A DNA stretch of 64,000 nt, taken from NCBI GenBank assembly GCA_963761055.1, contig CAVXFO010000007.1, forward strand, positions 425,075 to 489,074. The letters are read 5' to 3'. The notes beneath the pieces are model-generated. The model was not told the origin of the DNA. It ran no database searches and was given only the letters and a program-made list of their open reading frames with translations. This document shows, in pieces, positions 18,737 through 28,863 of this stretch (positions within the stretch are counted from its first letter, which is position 1; each line of letters starts with the position of its first letter). A program made the position numbers and the translations under genes. This DNA comes from an uncultured Actinomycetes bacterium. Its GTDB lineage: Bacteria; Actinomycetota; Acidimicrobiia; IMCC26256; PALSA-610.

Positions 18737-19575
18737 GACGTCGGTTTCATCGCGGGTTCGATCGGCACACCTACGTCGACATCGAAGACGTGCTCGACCG
18801 GCCCACCCAACCGCACCGTCGTCCCGAGCGCGACGGTCAACTCGCCGCCCGGCACCCGGACGCGCACCTGATCGTCGACGACACCCCGATGGTGCGCGAC
18901 CGCGGCCGCTGCGCACGCACCGGTCCCGCACGACAAGGTCTCGCCGACGCCGCGCTCCCAGACCCGCATGTCGATCTCGTCGGGCGGGTGCACGCGGACG
19001 AACTCGACGTTGGTGCGATAGGGAAAGCGGGCGTCGAGCTCGATGCGGGGGCCGTGCTGTGCGACCGGTACCACGGCCGGATCGATGACGAAGCACACGA
19101 GGTGCGGATTTCCCACGTCGGCGATGTCGCCCCAATACTCGGTTCCGTCGAGGACGATCTCGACGTCTTCTTCGCCGAGCGTCACCGTGCCCATGTCGAC
19201 GTCGGCGCCGGTCACCTTGCCCTGCACGTCGCGGATGAGCGTGACGTTCCGGATCCCGGCCGCGGTCTGCACGATCAGCTCGTGCTCGGTCCCGAGCCCG
19301 GCCCGGGCCGCGACCCAGGCCAGGCAACGGATCCCGTTCCCGCTCATCTCGGCGTCGCCGCCGTCGGCATTCTGCAGCCGCATCGTGCAGTCGGCCGGGG
19401 GTCCGGGTGCACCGGGACCGATCGTGATGAGGCCGTCGGCGCCGACGCCCCGGCGCCGGTCACACAGGTGAGCGACGGTCTCGGGCGCGAGCGGTGCCGC
19501 CTCGCCGTCGAGGGCGAGCCGGACGAGGAAGTCGTTGCCGGTGGCGTGGAGCTTGGCGAGATGGAGTGAGGTCAT
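18733..19575 (-). CDS. dapF: diaminopimelate epimerase
   Basis: MTSLHLAKLHATGNDFLV with both catalytic Cys regions (MSGNGIRC, LSCGTGACA). The ATG overlaps the miaA stop (ATGA). Confidence 0.92.
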   Translation of the reverse strand: MTSLHLAKLHATGNDFLVRLALDGEAAPLAPETVAHLCDRRRGVGADGLITIGPGAPGPPADCTMRLQNADGGDAEMSGNGIRCLAWVAARAGLGTEHELIVQTAAGIRNVTLIRDVQGKVTGADVDMGTVTLGEEDVEIVLDGTEYWGDIADVGNPHLVCFVIDPAVVPVAQHGPRIELDARFPYRTNVEFVRVHPPDEIDMRVWERGVGETLSCGTGACAAAAVAHHRGVVDDQVRVRVPGGELTVALGTTVRLGGPVEHVFDVDVGVPIEPAMKPTS

Positions 19576-20592
19576 GAACGGTCGGCCGCGACGGTCGCGG
19601 GGTCGTCCCAGAGTGCCACGACGACATCGGCCAACTGGTCCGGATTTCGCACGGTACCGAGCCAACGGATGCGGGGATCGCGCCGGAACCACACCCGCTG
19701 GCGACGCGCAAACCGACGTGTGCGCCGAACGGCGAGGTCGAACGCGTCCTCGAGGCAGGCGATCTCGCCGTCGAGGTACGCGAGCACCTCCTTGTACCCG
19801 ATCGCCTGGGCCGCGGTCCGGGACAGCCCCCCGCTCGCTTCCGACGATTCGTCGGAAGAATCGTTCTGACACGGCGAAGGGTGACCGCGCGTGGCCAGGG
19901 TGCGGACCTCGGCCTCGAGGCCTGCTTCGCGCATGACGGCGAACCGGGCCGCGATGCGGCGGCCCAACTCGGCACGCGGCAGCCAGATGCCGACCAGGCT
20001 CACGTCGAAGGCCGGGGGCCCGTAGTCGGTGAGCCCGGAACCGAACGACGAGAACGGCCGGCCGGTGATCTCGAGCACCTCGAGCGCGCGGCACGATCCG
20101 GCGGGCGTTGCCCGGCTCGATACGGGAGACCGCGAGCGGATCCGCGAGCGCGAGCCGCTCGTAGGCGAGGGTCAGGCCGTCGGCGGTCGCGGTCTCTCGT
20201 TCGAGGATGGCCCGGACCGCGAGGTCGCGAGGCGGAACCCGGAGCCCGTCGACGACGGCCCGGACGTAGAGGCCGGTCCCTCCGACGAGCAGGGCCCGGC
20301 GCCCCCGCGCTTCGATGTCGGCCACCGCCGCGAGCGCCGCGTCCTGGGTTGCGCGCACGGACCAATCCTCGGACGGGTCGGCAACGTCGACGAGATGATG
20401 GCGAACCGCGGCCTGCTCGGCGGGCGAGGGCTTGGCCGTGCCGACGTCCATCCCTCGGTACACCTGCATCGAATCGAGCGACACGATCTCGACGTCGTCG
20501 AACGCAGTCGCGGCCGCCAGCGCGACCGCCGACTTGCCCGACGCGGTCGGTCCGACGATGGCAAGGTGGCGACTCAGCTCACACCGCCGCAA
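19572..20592 (-). pseudogene. miaA: tRNA dimethylallyltransferase, one frameshift as sequenced; start tentative (TTG 20592)
   Basis: The N-terminal part (IVGPTASGKSAVAL...LLVGGTGLYVRAVVDG...RIEPGNARRIV) is in the frame of ORF 18733..20862. The remainder (LEVLEITGRPFSSF...AIGYKEVLAYL) is in ORF 19572..20078. One extra C sits near 20085 (GTG-C-CGCGCG). Confidence 0.85.
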
Positions 20593-21958
20593 CCGGGATG
20601 CGGGTGCGCCGCCGCGGCGCGGGCTTGACCAACGCGAGAAGGTCGGCCCGCAGGAAGTGCGGGGCCGCGCCCGTGACCCGGACCTCGACCAAATCGCCGG
20701 GCCGGGTCGTGGCGGCCGGAGCGAAGTGCACGAGCTTGTTCTGGCGGGTGCGTCCCGACCAGAACGACTGATCCTTCTTGGACGGCCCTTCGACCAACAC
20801 TTCCTCGGTGCGGCCGATCCGCGCTTCGTGGTTGCGCAGCGCGTGTCCTTCGACGACGGCAACCAGGCGTTGCATCCGCTCCTGTACCACGGCCGGTTCG
20901 ACGAAGGAATCCGTCATGAGCGCGGCCTCGGTCCCGGGCCGCGGTGAGAACACGAACGTGTACGCCGCGTCGTACGCAGCGTCGTCGGCGACCGCGAGCG
21001 TCTGCGCGAAGTCGGCCTCGGTCTCACCCGGGAACCCGACGATGATGTCGGTGGTCACCGCGAGGTCGTCGACTGCCGCGCGCGCGGCGCGCAGCCGCTC
21101 GAGATAACGCGCCGCGGTGTAGCCGCGGTGCATGCGCGCCAAGGTCTGGTCGCTCCCCGACTGCAGCGGTAGGTGCAGGTGCTCGCACACGTGCGCGCAC
21201 TCCCCCATTGCCGCGACGGTCTCCGGGCGCAGGTCCTTCGGATGAGGCGACGTGAAGCGGATGCGCTCGATGCCGTCGACCGTGTCGAGCGTTCGCAGGA
21301 GATCGGCGAACTGTGGGCGGAACTGGCCGGCACCCAGATCACGACCGTAGGAGTTGACGTTCTGGCCGAGCAGGGTGATCTCGGAAACACCGCCACGGGC
21401 GAGGTCGACGACTTCGGCCACGATGTCGCCGGTGCGCCGGCTGACTTCCTTGCCGCGCACGGACGGAACGATGCAGAACGCGCACGAGTTGTCGCAACCG
21501 ATCTGGATCGTGACCCACGCCGAATGGTCATCGTCGCGGCGGGCCGGCAGCGCCGACGGGTAGGCCTCGTGCTCGTCGAGGATCTCGACGACCGGTCCGG
21601 TCTTGCGGGCCTCGCGCAACAGCTCCGGCGCGTGCGCGAGGTTGTGCGTCCCGAAGACGACGTCGACGAACGGGGCGCGGTCGCGAACCCCGTCGCGGTC
21701 CTTTTGGGCGAGGCATCCGCCGACCGCGATCTGGAGATCCGGACGCTCGGCCTTCAGCGCTTTGAGGTCGCCCAGGTGGGCGTAGAGCTTGTTGTCGGCG
21801 TTCTCGCGGATGCAACAGGTGTTGAGCACGATGACGTCGGCCTCACCGACCTCGTCAGTCGGTTCCATCCCGTCGGCTTCGAGGACGCCCGCGATCCGTT
21901 CGGAATCGTGTTCGTTCATCTGGCACCCGTAGGTGCGAACGTAGAAACGCCGCGTCAT
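20579..21958 (-). CDS. miaB: tRNA-i6A37 methylthiotransferase
   Basis: YVRTYGCQMNEHDSE and the radical-SAM motif CDNSCAFCIVP, followed by a TRAM-like C-terminus. Confidence 0.95.
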   Translation of the reverse strand: MTRRFYVRTYGCQMNEHDSERIAGVLEADGMEPTDEVGEADVIVLNTCCIRENADNKLYAHLGDLKALKAERPDLQIAVGGCLAQKDRDGVRDRAPFVDVVFGTHNLAHAPELLREARKTGPVVEILDEHEAYPSALPARRDDDHSAWVTIQIGCDNSCAFCIVPSVRGKEVSRRTGDIVAEVVDLARGGVSEITLLGQNVNSYGRDLGAGQFRPQFADLLRTLDTVDGIERIRFTSPHPKDLRPETVAAMGECAHVCEHLHLPLQSGSDQTLARMHRGYTAARYLERLRAARAAVDDLAVTTDIIVGFPGETEADFAQTLAVADDAAYDAAYTFVFSPRPGTEAALMTDSFVEPAVVQERMQRLVAVVEGHALRNHEARIGRTEEVLVEGPSKKDQSFWSGRTRQNKLVHFAPAATTRPGDLVEVRVTGAAPHFLRADLLALVKPAPRRRTRIPVAAV

Positions 21959-22011
21959 GACCGCCCCAGTGTACGGGCGCCGAAGACGCGGCCCCGTAGG
22001 CTCAGGACCCC

Positions 22012-22734
22012 GTGGACATCACCGTCGGTGCCGCCGTCCTGATTGGCATCGCAGTGCTGGTCGGCGCTTCGATCCAGGGCTCCATCGGCTTTGGGATGAA
22101 CCTCGTCACGGTGCCGGTCCTCGCGCTGGTCCTGCCTGACGCGCTGCCGGCGACCGTCATCTTGTTGGGTATCCCGATCTCGATCGCGATGCTGCGACAC
22201 GAGCATCGGGCAATCGATCGCCGAGGCGTGACCTGGATACTGATCGGCCGTGTTCCGGGCACGCTCGCCGGGACGATCGTGGTCGCAACGGTCAGTGCCA
22301 CCGCGCTCAAAGGGGTGATCGGTGTATCGGTGCTGGTCGCCGTGATCGCGAGTGCTATCGCACCACCGATCTCGCTCATCCCGCTCACCCAATTCGCCGG
22401 CGGCTTGGTCTCGGGCACCACCGGGACCGCGGCGGGCATCGGCGGCCCACCGCTCGCACTCTTGTATCAGCACCATGACGGACCAACGATGCGAGCGACG
22501 CTGGCGGCGTCCTTCTTCTTCGGTACCACGCTTTCCGCGGCCACGCTCGCCGTTGCGGGTCACGTCACCCTGGCCGACTGCGCGCTCGCGGCCAGCCTCG
22601 TCCCACTCGTCATCGGCGGCTCGTGGCTCGGTCGGCAAGCTCACGGCATGCTCGATCGCCGCTGGCTGCGACCCGCGGTGCTCGCCTTCGCGGCCGTTGC
22701 GGCGATCGTCGTGCTCGTCGACGCAGTGCGCTGA
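22012..22734 (+). CDS. TauE/SafE-family anion exporter-like membrane protein
   Basis: 240-aa polytopic protein with an internal duplication (GASIQGSIGFG / SGTTGTAAGIGG). Confidence 0.75.
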   Translation: MDITVGAAVLIGIAVLVGASIQGSIGFGMNLVTVPVLALVLPDALPATVILLGIPISIAMLRHEHRAIDRRGVTWILIGRVPGTLAGTIVVATVSATALKGVIGVSVLVAVIASAIAPPISLIPLTQFAGGLVSGTTGTAAGIGGPPLALLYQHHDGPTMRATLAASFFFGTTLSAATLAVAGHVTLADCALAASLVPLVIGGSWLGRQAHGMLDRRWLRPAVLAFAAVAAIVVLVDAVR

Positions 22735-22835
22735 CGACACGACCCCGCCCGCGTACGGGTCACATCCTGGTCGCCGGCCGGGGACACTCGCCGCTAAATG
22801 AGTGCTCCCCGACCGTGGTGGCGACACAGCTCGTC

Positions 22836-23900
22836 TCAGGCGTCGACATCCTGTTCGACGCCTTCCTCTACCTCGTCCGTGAGGTCGACATCGTCGTTCA
22901 AACCCGACGCATCCTTGATCTTCTCGCTGATCTCGACCATGAGGTCGACGTTCTCGGCGAGGAACTTCTTGACGTTCTCGCGGCCCTGGCCGAGCTGCTC
23001 ACCTTCGTACGTGAACCAGGCACCGGACTTCTTGATGATGCCCATCTCGACTCCGACGTCGAGCAGCGAGCCTTCTCGGCTGATGCCCTGGCCGTACATG
23101 ATGTCGAACTCGGCCTGCTTGAACGGAGGTGCGGTCTTGTTCTTGACCACCTTGACCCGCACCCGGTTGCCAACGACCTCGGGCCCGTCCTTGATCGACT
23201 CGATCCGGCGGATGTCGAGCCGCACGGACGAGTAGAACTTGAGTGCCCGACCGCCCGGCGTCGTCTCCGGCGAACCGAACATGACGCCGATCTTCTCTCG
23301 CAGCTGGTTGATGAACACCGCGATCGTCCGGGACTTGTTGAGGTTGCCGGTGAGCTTGCGCAATGCCTGGCTCATCAACCGGGCCTGGAGACCCATGTGC
23401 GAGTCGCCCATCTCGCCTTCGATCTCGGCCCGGGGCACGAGGGCCGCCACCGAGTCGATGACGAGCACGTCGAGCGCACCGGACCGGATCAACATGTCGG
23501 CGATCTCGAGTGCCTGCTCGCCCGTGTCGGGCTGGCTGATCAACAACTCGTCGACGTTGACGCCGATGGCCGCCGCGTACACGGGATCCATGGCGTGCTC
23601 GGCGTCGATGTAGGCACAGACGCCACCGTTGCGCTGGGCTTCGGCGACCACGTGGGTCGCGAGCGTCGACTTCCCCGACGACTCCGGTCCGAAGATCTCG
23701 ACGATCCGGCCCCGGGGCAAGCCGCCGATCCCGAGCGCGAGGTCGAGTGCGAGCGCTCCCGTGGGGATCGCTTCGATCCCGACGTGCCCACGCTCTCCGA
23801 GCTTCATGATCGAACCCTTGCCGAACTGCTTGTCGATCTGGCCCAAAGCCATCTCGAGTGCTTTCGCGCGGTCCACCTGTGAACCCCTCTCTGCCACCAA
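22836..23900 (-). CDS. recA: recombinase RecA
   Basis: [11 protein letters not shown], the [18 protein letters not shown] region and [22 protein letters not shown]. Confidence 0.97.
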   Translation of the reverse strand: MVAERGSQVDRAKALEMALGQIDKQFGKGSIMKLGERGHVGIEAIPTGALALDLALGIGGLPRGRIVEIFGPESSGKSTLATHVVAEAQRNGGVCAYIDAEHAMDPVYAAAIGVNVDELLISQPDTGEQALEIADMLIRSGALDVLVIDSVAALVPRAEIEGEMGDSHMGLQARLMSQALRKLTGNLNKSRTIAVFINQLREKIGVMFGSPETTPGGRALKFYSSVRLDIRRIESIKDGPEVVGNRVRVKVVKNKTAPPFKQAEFDIMYGQGISREGSLLDVGVEMGIIKKSGAWFTYEGEQLGQGRENVKKFLAENVDLMVEISEKIKDASGLNDDVDLTDEVEEGVEQDVDA

Positions 23901-24015
23901 GGCCTTGCTCCTTCAGTCGGGGGAAGTCGTCGTGCTGGCGACCCTAACGACGGGGTGTGACAGCTACGGGTTCCTCACCAGCGGGTGAATCACATGCGTG
24001 TAACGAAGCCTAGAG

Positions 24016-24029
24016 CGAACAGGCGTTCG
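24016..24029. promoter_or_regulatory. LexA (SOS) box CGAACAGGCGTTCG upstream of recA
   Basis: Exact reverse complement of the lexA box. Sits 116 nt upstream of the recA start, in the thpR-recA spacer. Confidence 0.65.
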
Positions 24030-24053
24030 GTGCAAGGATCTCCGACGAACTCG

Positions 24054-24614
24054 TCAACCCCGAGGCGCTCGGAGCGGGACGCGGGCACGGACCGAATGGC
24101 GGGCGCCGTCGGCACGCAACTCGCTCTCGAACAAGACGATCTCGTCCACGGCCCACGCCGTACCGACGGGCGCCGGACCGATCGCGGCGCACACCGCTCG
24201 CAGGTCCGTGGGGACCCGGTGCCGGGCGAGCGTGAGGTGCGGGAGGAACTCGACGCCTGGCCGGTCGCGTTGGTAGCCGAGCGGCGCGAGCAGGGCCTCG
24301 ACCTCCGCCGCGAGCACACCGAGCCAGGCCGCGCCCTCGTGCACGCCGAGGATCACGAAGCGCGCCCGGCGCCGGTTGCCGATCGTGTCGGCGCCGCCGA
24401 GTTGCAGTCGGCCCGCACCCGCGGCGAACTGCGCAGCCGCGAGGGCGCGAGCGACCTTGTCGACGTCGACGTCGTCGCCCAGGAACTGCAGCGTGAGATG
24501 CCACTGGTCGCGCCGGCTCGCGCGCCCGTTGCCGAGATCCACCGACGCGAGTCGGGCCTCGATCACGTCGAGTACCGGCGCGGGTGGACGGACCGCGACG
24601 AACGCTCGCGTCAC
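24054..24614 (-). CDS. thpR: RNA 2',3'-cyclic phosphodiesterase (2H family)
   Basis: Two HxTx motifs (WHLTLQFLG, PHLTLAR). Confidence 0.85.
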   Translation of the reverse strand: MTRAFVAVRPPAPVLDVIEARLASVDLGNGRASRRDQWHLTLQFLGDDVDVDKVARALAAAQFAAGAGRLQLGGADTIGNRRRARFVILGVHEGAAWLGVLAAEVEALLAPLGYQRDRPGVEFLPHLTLARHRVPTDLRAVCAAIGPAPVGTAWAVDEIVLFESELRADGARHSVRARVPLRAPRG

Positions 24615-24624
24615 CGACGGACCG

Positions 24625-24981
24625 CTATCCGCTGCAGAGACAGAGCTCGTTGCCCTCGGGATCGCGCATCACGATCCACGCACAGCCACCGTCGGAAACC
24701 GGACCGGCGCCGGCCCGCGTCGCACCCAACTCGGCGAAGCGGGCCGCTTCGACTTCGACGTCGTCGACGATGAGGTCGAGATGCACGCGGTTCTTGACCG
24801 CCTTCGACTCGGGCACCCGTTGGAAGATGATCTTCGGCCCTCCCTCGCCGCCCACCGGGACACACGAGACGTAGTTGCCGAACTCGCCGTACGGTTCGTA
24901 GCCGAGCGCCTCGCAGTAGAAGGCCCGCAACTGTGCGGGGTCGGCGCAGTCGATGTTGACCTGGATCTCGTTCACGCGCAT
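24625..24981 (-). CDS. VOC/glyoxalase-family small protein
   Basis: Internal ATG (MRVNEIQVNIDC...HLDLIVDDVE...VMRDPEGNELCL) at the tail of the composite ORF 24625..26265. Confidence 0.7.
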   Translation of the reverse strand: MRVNEIQVNIDCADPAQLRAFYCEALGYEPYGEFGNYVSCVPVGGEGGPKIIFQRVPESKAVKNRVHLDLIVDDVEVEAARFAELGATRAGAGPVSDGGCAWIVMRDPEGNELCLCSG

Positions 24982-25009
24982 CCGGCACCCTCCTGGATCT
25001 CGGCCGTTC

Positions 25010-26265
25010 TCAGTGCTGCGCCAGCGAGTCGAGACGTTGGCGCAGCAAGTTGAGCAGCGTGATCGTCGAGAACTGGCGGAGCCGTTCGCGGTCGCCGGGC
25101 AGGCGCGTGCTCGACGACTTCCGTCGGCACACCCGGGATCGCGAGACCGAGGAAGACGGTGCCCACCGCGACGCCGTCCTGTTCGGTCGGCCCCGCGACG
25201 CCGGTGGCCGCGATCCCGACATCGGCGCCGAGCACACGCTGCGCGGCTTCGGCCATCTCCCGCGCGGCCTCCTCGCTCACGACCGATTGCGCGGTGACGC
25301 CGAGCAACGACCGTTTGACGTCGGTCGCGTAGCTGCCGATCGTGCCCCGGAACGTGTCGCTCGCACCTTCGACGTTGACGATGCGCGCGCCGATCAGACC
25401 ACCGGTGAGTGACTCCGCCACGCCGAGGGTCCAGCCCCGGCCCCGCAGGCGTTCCAGCACCGCGTACTCCATCGTCTCGTCGTCGACGCCGAACACGAGG
25501 TCGCCGAGGATGAGCCGCAGCTCCTTTTCCTCCAGCTCGACGAGCGCGCGCGCTTCGGGCTCGGTCGCGGCTTTTCCCGTCACCCGGACCACGAGCCCTT
25601 CGATGCCGCGCGCCAGGAACGCGATGGTCGGGATTGCCTCCTTGGGCATCGAGCGCGTCGAGCCGGTGCGCGACCATCTCCGCGAGCGCCGACTCGGATG
25701 TTCCCCACGTCTTCAACGACAGCGACACGATCGCGGCGGCCTCGCCCGATCGCCGCAACAGATCGGGGATCACGTGGTCGGTGACCATCTGCTTCATCTC
25801 GTACGGCACGCCGGGCACCGCGTACACGATCTTGCCGTCGGGCAGCTCACACTTGAGCCCGGGCGCGGTGCCGATCGGGTTCGGGATCGCCTCACCCCCG
25901 TCGGGGATATCGGCCTGGCGCAGGTTGTTCTGCGGCATGTCCCGGACCCGGGCGCGGAACATCTGGGCGATCGTCTCCGCGAGCTCGTCGTGACGCACCA
26001 GCGCGACACCCATGAGCTCTGCGATCGCATCGCGGGTCAGGTCGTCCTGGGTCGGGCCGAGACCGCCGCAGATGAGCACGGCGTCGGACCGCTCGAGCTG
26101 ATCGCGCAGCGCGGCGACGATGCGGGCCTGGTTGTCGCCGATCGCGCGATGCTCGAACGAGTCGATGCCCGACGCCGCGAACTGTTCCCCGATCCACGCA
26201 CTGTTCGTGTCGACGATCTGACCGAGCAACAGCTCGGTGCCGATCGCGAGGACCTCACACCGCAT
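25010..26265 (-). pseudogene. cinA: competence/damage-inducible protein CinA, two frameshifts as sequenced
   Basis: The MoCF-like N-domain (VLAIGTELLLGQIVDTNS...CGGLGPTQDDLT) is in ORF 24625..26265. The middle part (TIAFLARGIEGLVVRV...ESLTGGLIGARI) is in ORF 24972..25649. The end (RLPGDRERLRQFSTITLLNLLRQRL) is in ORF 25010..25237. The junctions are at about 25640 and 25105. Confidence 0.85.
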
Positions 26266-26308
26266 CTCGTGACCTTCCCCTCGGTCGCCGCGCCGGGTGC
26301 GGCATTGC

Positions 26309-26899
26309 TCAGGATTCGCTGCGTTGCCAGTCGATGTAGCCGCGCCGCACGATCTCGAGCCCGGACACCAAGGTGAGCACCACCGCGATGCCGAACACGA
26401 ACAGCTGGAGTCCGACGTAGTCGGCGGTGATCGGCAGCAGCACGAACCCGACCGCGCAGTACTGCGTGAACGCCTTGTACTTGCCGAGCTTCTGCGCGGG
26501 CAACACGACGCCGCGCCGCCCCGCGATCGAACGGTACGCGCTGATGCCGAACTCGCGCGCCGCGATCAGGAGCACGGCCCACCAGGCGAACACGCCGCGG
26601 TCGGCGAGCACCGCGAGGCCACCGAGCACGATGAGCTTGTCGGCCACCGGATCGAGGAACGCGCCCGAGCGGGTCGCGCCGTCGCGCCGGGCCATCCAGC
26701 CGTCGAGACTGTCGCTCGCGGTGATCGCGAACCAGAGCCCGACCGTGGCCCACTCGGAGCCGCGGTGGCGGATGAGCGCCAGCGCGGGGACCGCGACGAG
26801 AATCCGGCTGAGCGTGATGAAGTTGGCCGGCGTGGCCAGCGCGTTCTGACCGAAGCGCTTCGTCGCCCGGCTGGGCGGCGGCGCGGCCGCTGCGGTCAC
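26309..26899 (-). CDS. pgsA: CDP-diacylglycerol-glycerol-3-phosphate 3-phosphatidyltransferase
   Basis: CDP-alcohol phosphotransferase motif DGWMARRDGATRSGAFLDPVADK. GTG start at 26899, just after the rimO stop. Confidence 0.85.
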   Translation of the reverse strand: MTAAAAPPPSRATKRFGQNALATPANFITLSRILVAVPALALIRHRGSEWATVGLWFAITASDSLDGWMARRDGATRSGAFLDPVADKLIVLGGLAVLADRGVFAWWAVLLIAAREFGISAYRSIAGRRGVVLPAQKLGKYKAFTQYCAVGFVLLPITADYVGLQLFVFGIAVVLTLVSGLEIVRRGYIDWQRSES

Positions 26900-26909
26900 G
26901 TGACGACCT

Positions 26910-28244
26910 TCACCGGGCGACCTTCGCGTCGAGATCGGGGCCTTCCACCCCGCACACCGAGGCCCGCACGATCGCACCCGGGCGGGCGAAGAGCTCGCCG
27001 TCGCCGAGGAGGCGCACGATTCCGTCGATCTCCGGAGCTTCGCGGTGTGTGCGGCCGACCATGACATCGTCGTCGTCGAGGCCGTCGACCAACACGTCGA
27101 CGTCGCGCCCGACGAGCGCGCGGCGCGCGGCGGCGGTGATCGGCTCCTGCACCTCGGAACACTCGCGCAAACGCTCGGTCACGAGCGAGTCCGCGACGGC
27201 GCCTCCGAGATCGGCCGCGGCCGTGCCGTCCTCACGAGAGAACGCGAAGAACCCGGCCCAGTCGAGGCGAGCCTCGTCGAGGAAGCCGAGCAGCGACTCG
27301 TGGTCGGCTTCGGTCTCCCCCGGGAACCCGACGATGAACGACGAACGGAACGCGGCGTCGGGCTGCTCGGCGCGGATTCCGGAGATGATCCGGGCGAAGC
27401 GGTCGCCACTTCCCCAACGCTTCATGCTGCGCAACAGATCCGGCGCGGCGTGCTGCAGCGAGAGATCGAAGTACGGGACGACCGAATCGAGCTCGAGCAT
27501 CGTCGAGACGAGGGGGTCCTTGACCTCGGACGGGTACAGGTAGAGCAGACGCACCCGAGCGAGACCGTCGGCGCGCAGTGGGTCGAGCCGCCCGAGCAAC
27601 GGCGCGAGCGAGCCCGGTTCCCCCGCGTCGCGTCCGTACCAGGCGAGGTCCTGGGCAACCAACACGATCTCGGCCACGCCCTGTTCGACGAGTCCTCGCA
27701 CCTCGGCCTCGATCGATTCCGGTGTGCGCGACCGTTGCTTGCCCCGGAACGACGGGATCGCGCAGAATGCGCACGCGCGATCGCAACCCTCCGCAACCTT
27801 GACGTACGCCCAGGGTGCGGTGGGCGCGGGCCGGGGCAGCTCGAGCAGATCGCGAACACCGGCCGGCTTACGCCCGCGCATCACGACGCTCGACAGCGAA
27901 CCCTCGCCCGCGAAGCCCACCACTGCGCTGGCCTCGGGAAGCGCGGCCGCGAGCTCTTCGCCGTAACGCTCGGCCATGCAGCCGGTCACGACGAGACGCG
28001 CACCGGGCTTGCGCGCGTCCGAGAGCGTGAGCGCGACGTCGATCGATTCCTGACGGGCGGCCTCGATGAACGCGCAGGTGTTGACCACCACGAGGTCGGC
28101 ATCGGCGACAGAGTCCGCAGGAGTCAGGCCGTCGGCGAGCAACGACGCGACGACCTTGTCGGAGTCGACTGCGTTCTTGGGGCAGCCGAGCGTCTCGACA
28201 TGGAACCGCTTTCCTGTCGTCGGGTCGGCGGGCATTCTCGCCAT
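26910..28244 (-). CDS. rimO: ribosomal protein S12 methylthiotransferase
   Basis: FHVETLGCPKNAVDS and the radical-SAM motif CDRACAFCAIP, followed by a TRAM-like C-terminus. Confidence 0.92.
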   Translation of the reverse strand: MARMPADPTTGKRFHVETLGCPKNAVDSDKVVASLLADGLTPADSVADADLVVVNTCAFIEAARQESIDVALTLSDARKPGARLVVTGCMAERYGEELAAALPEASAVVGFAGEGSLSSVVMRGRKPAGVRDLLELPRPAPTAPWAYVKVAEGCDRACAFCAIPSFRGKQRSRTPESIEAEVRGLVEQGVAEIVLVAQDLAWYGRDAGEPGSLAPLLGRLDPLRADGLARVRLLYLYPSEVKDPLVSTMLELDSVVPYFDLSLQHAAPDLLRSMKRWGSGDRFARIISGIRAEQPDAAFRSSFIVGFPGETEADHESLLGFLDEARLDWAGFFAFSREDGTAAADLGGAVADSLVTERLRECSEVQEPITAAARRALVGRDVDVLVDGLDDDDVMVGRTHREAPEIDGIVRLLGDGELFARPGAIVRASVCGVEGPDLDAKVAR

Positions 28245-28276
28245 CGTACCGGCGCACCCCCGTACACTCCCCGCCC

Positions 28277-28741
28277 GTGGACGAACCGACGCTGTGGTGC
28301 CCGTCGTGCGGATCCGAGTATCGAGTGGGAACCACCCGGTGCGCCGACTGCCGGGTCGCCCTCGTGACCGAGGAGCCGACCCATCTCACGGGCGCCGACG
28401 AGACCGACGAGGACGACGATGCGGGTGGTCTCGTCGAGGTAGGCGAGTACCCCAAGATCCAGGCCCAGGTGCTGCGCCGGCGGCTCGAGACCGCGAGCGT
28501 CCCGGTGATGATCGAGTGGACGGGCGGCGCCGACGACCGCCGCGGCGTGTTGTTCGTTCCCGACGACCAGGCCGAGTTCGCGGCTGCAGTCGTGAACGAG
28601 ATCGACGTAGACGACGAGGTCGGCGACGACTCACCGCACGCCTACGTCGTGCGCATCGAGGAACACCTCTCGGCCGTCGCCGGCCTCCTCGACGAGCTGC
28701 GCACGAGACTCGACGACCTCGAGGCCGACGGCAAGCTCTAG
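28277..28741 (+). CDS. hypothetical protein with an N-terminal zinc ribbon and acidic linkers
   Basis: CPSCGSEYRVGTTRCADC followed by D/E-rich stretches. Codon usage matches neighbouring genes. No family recognised with confidence. Confidence 0.5.
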   Translation: MDEPTLWCPSCGSEYRVGTTRCADCRVALVTEEPTHLTGADETDEDDDAGGLVEVGEYPKIQAQVLRRRLETASVPVMIEWTGGADDRRGVLFVPDDQAEFAAAVVNEIDVDDEVGDDSPHAYVVRIEEHLSAVAGLLDELRTRLDDLEADGKL

Positions 28742-28863
28742 CCACGGCCCGTTGGTCGCTACCGGCGCGCGATGCCGAGCGAGCGATGAGCTCGCCGTCG
28801 GCCCTCGATCGTGCACCCGAGTATCTGCGCACGGCTCGAAGATCAACTATCCGGTCGCCACGC

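Noticed and set aside
18733-20862. 709-aa ORF read as a MiaA-DapF fusion, and 14331..16028 as an extended DapE
   Set aside because: The middle portions are Arg/Pro-rich nonsense. Proper starts exist (dapF ATG 19575, dapE GTG 15398) and overlap the upstream stops. The miaA C-terminus is in ORF 19572..20078.
22775-22815. Bidirectional terminator between the TauE-like gene and recA (GGGGACACTC...GAGTGCTCCCC)
   Set aside because: The stem is imperfect with a bulge, and I could not fix the coordinates confidently. It is plausible but not strong enough to annotate.
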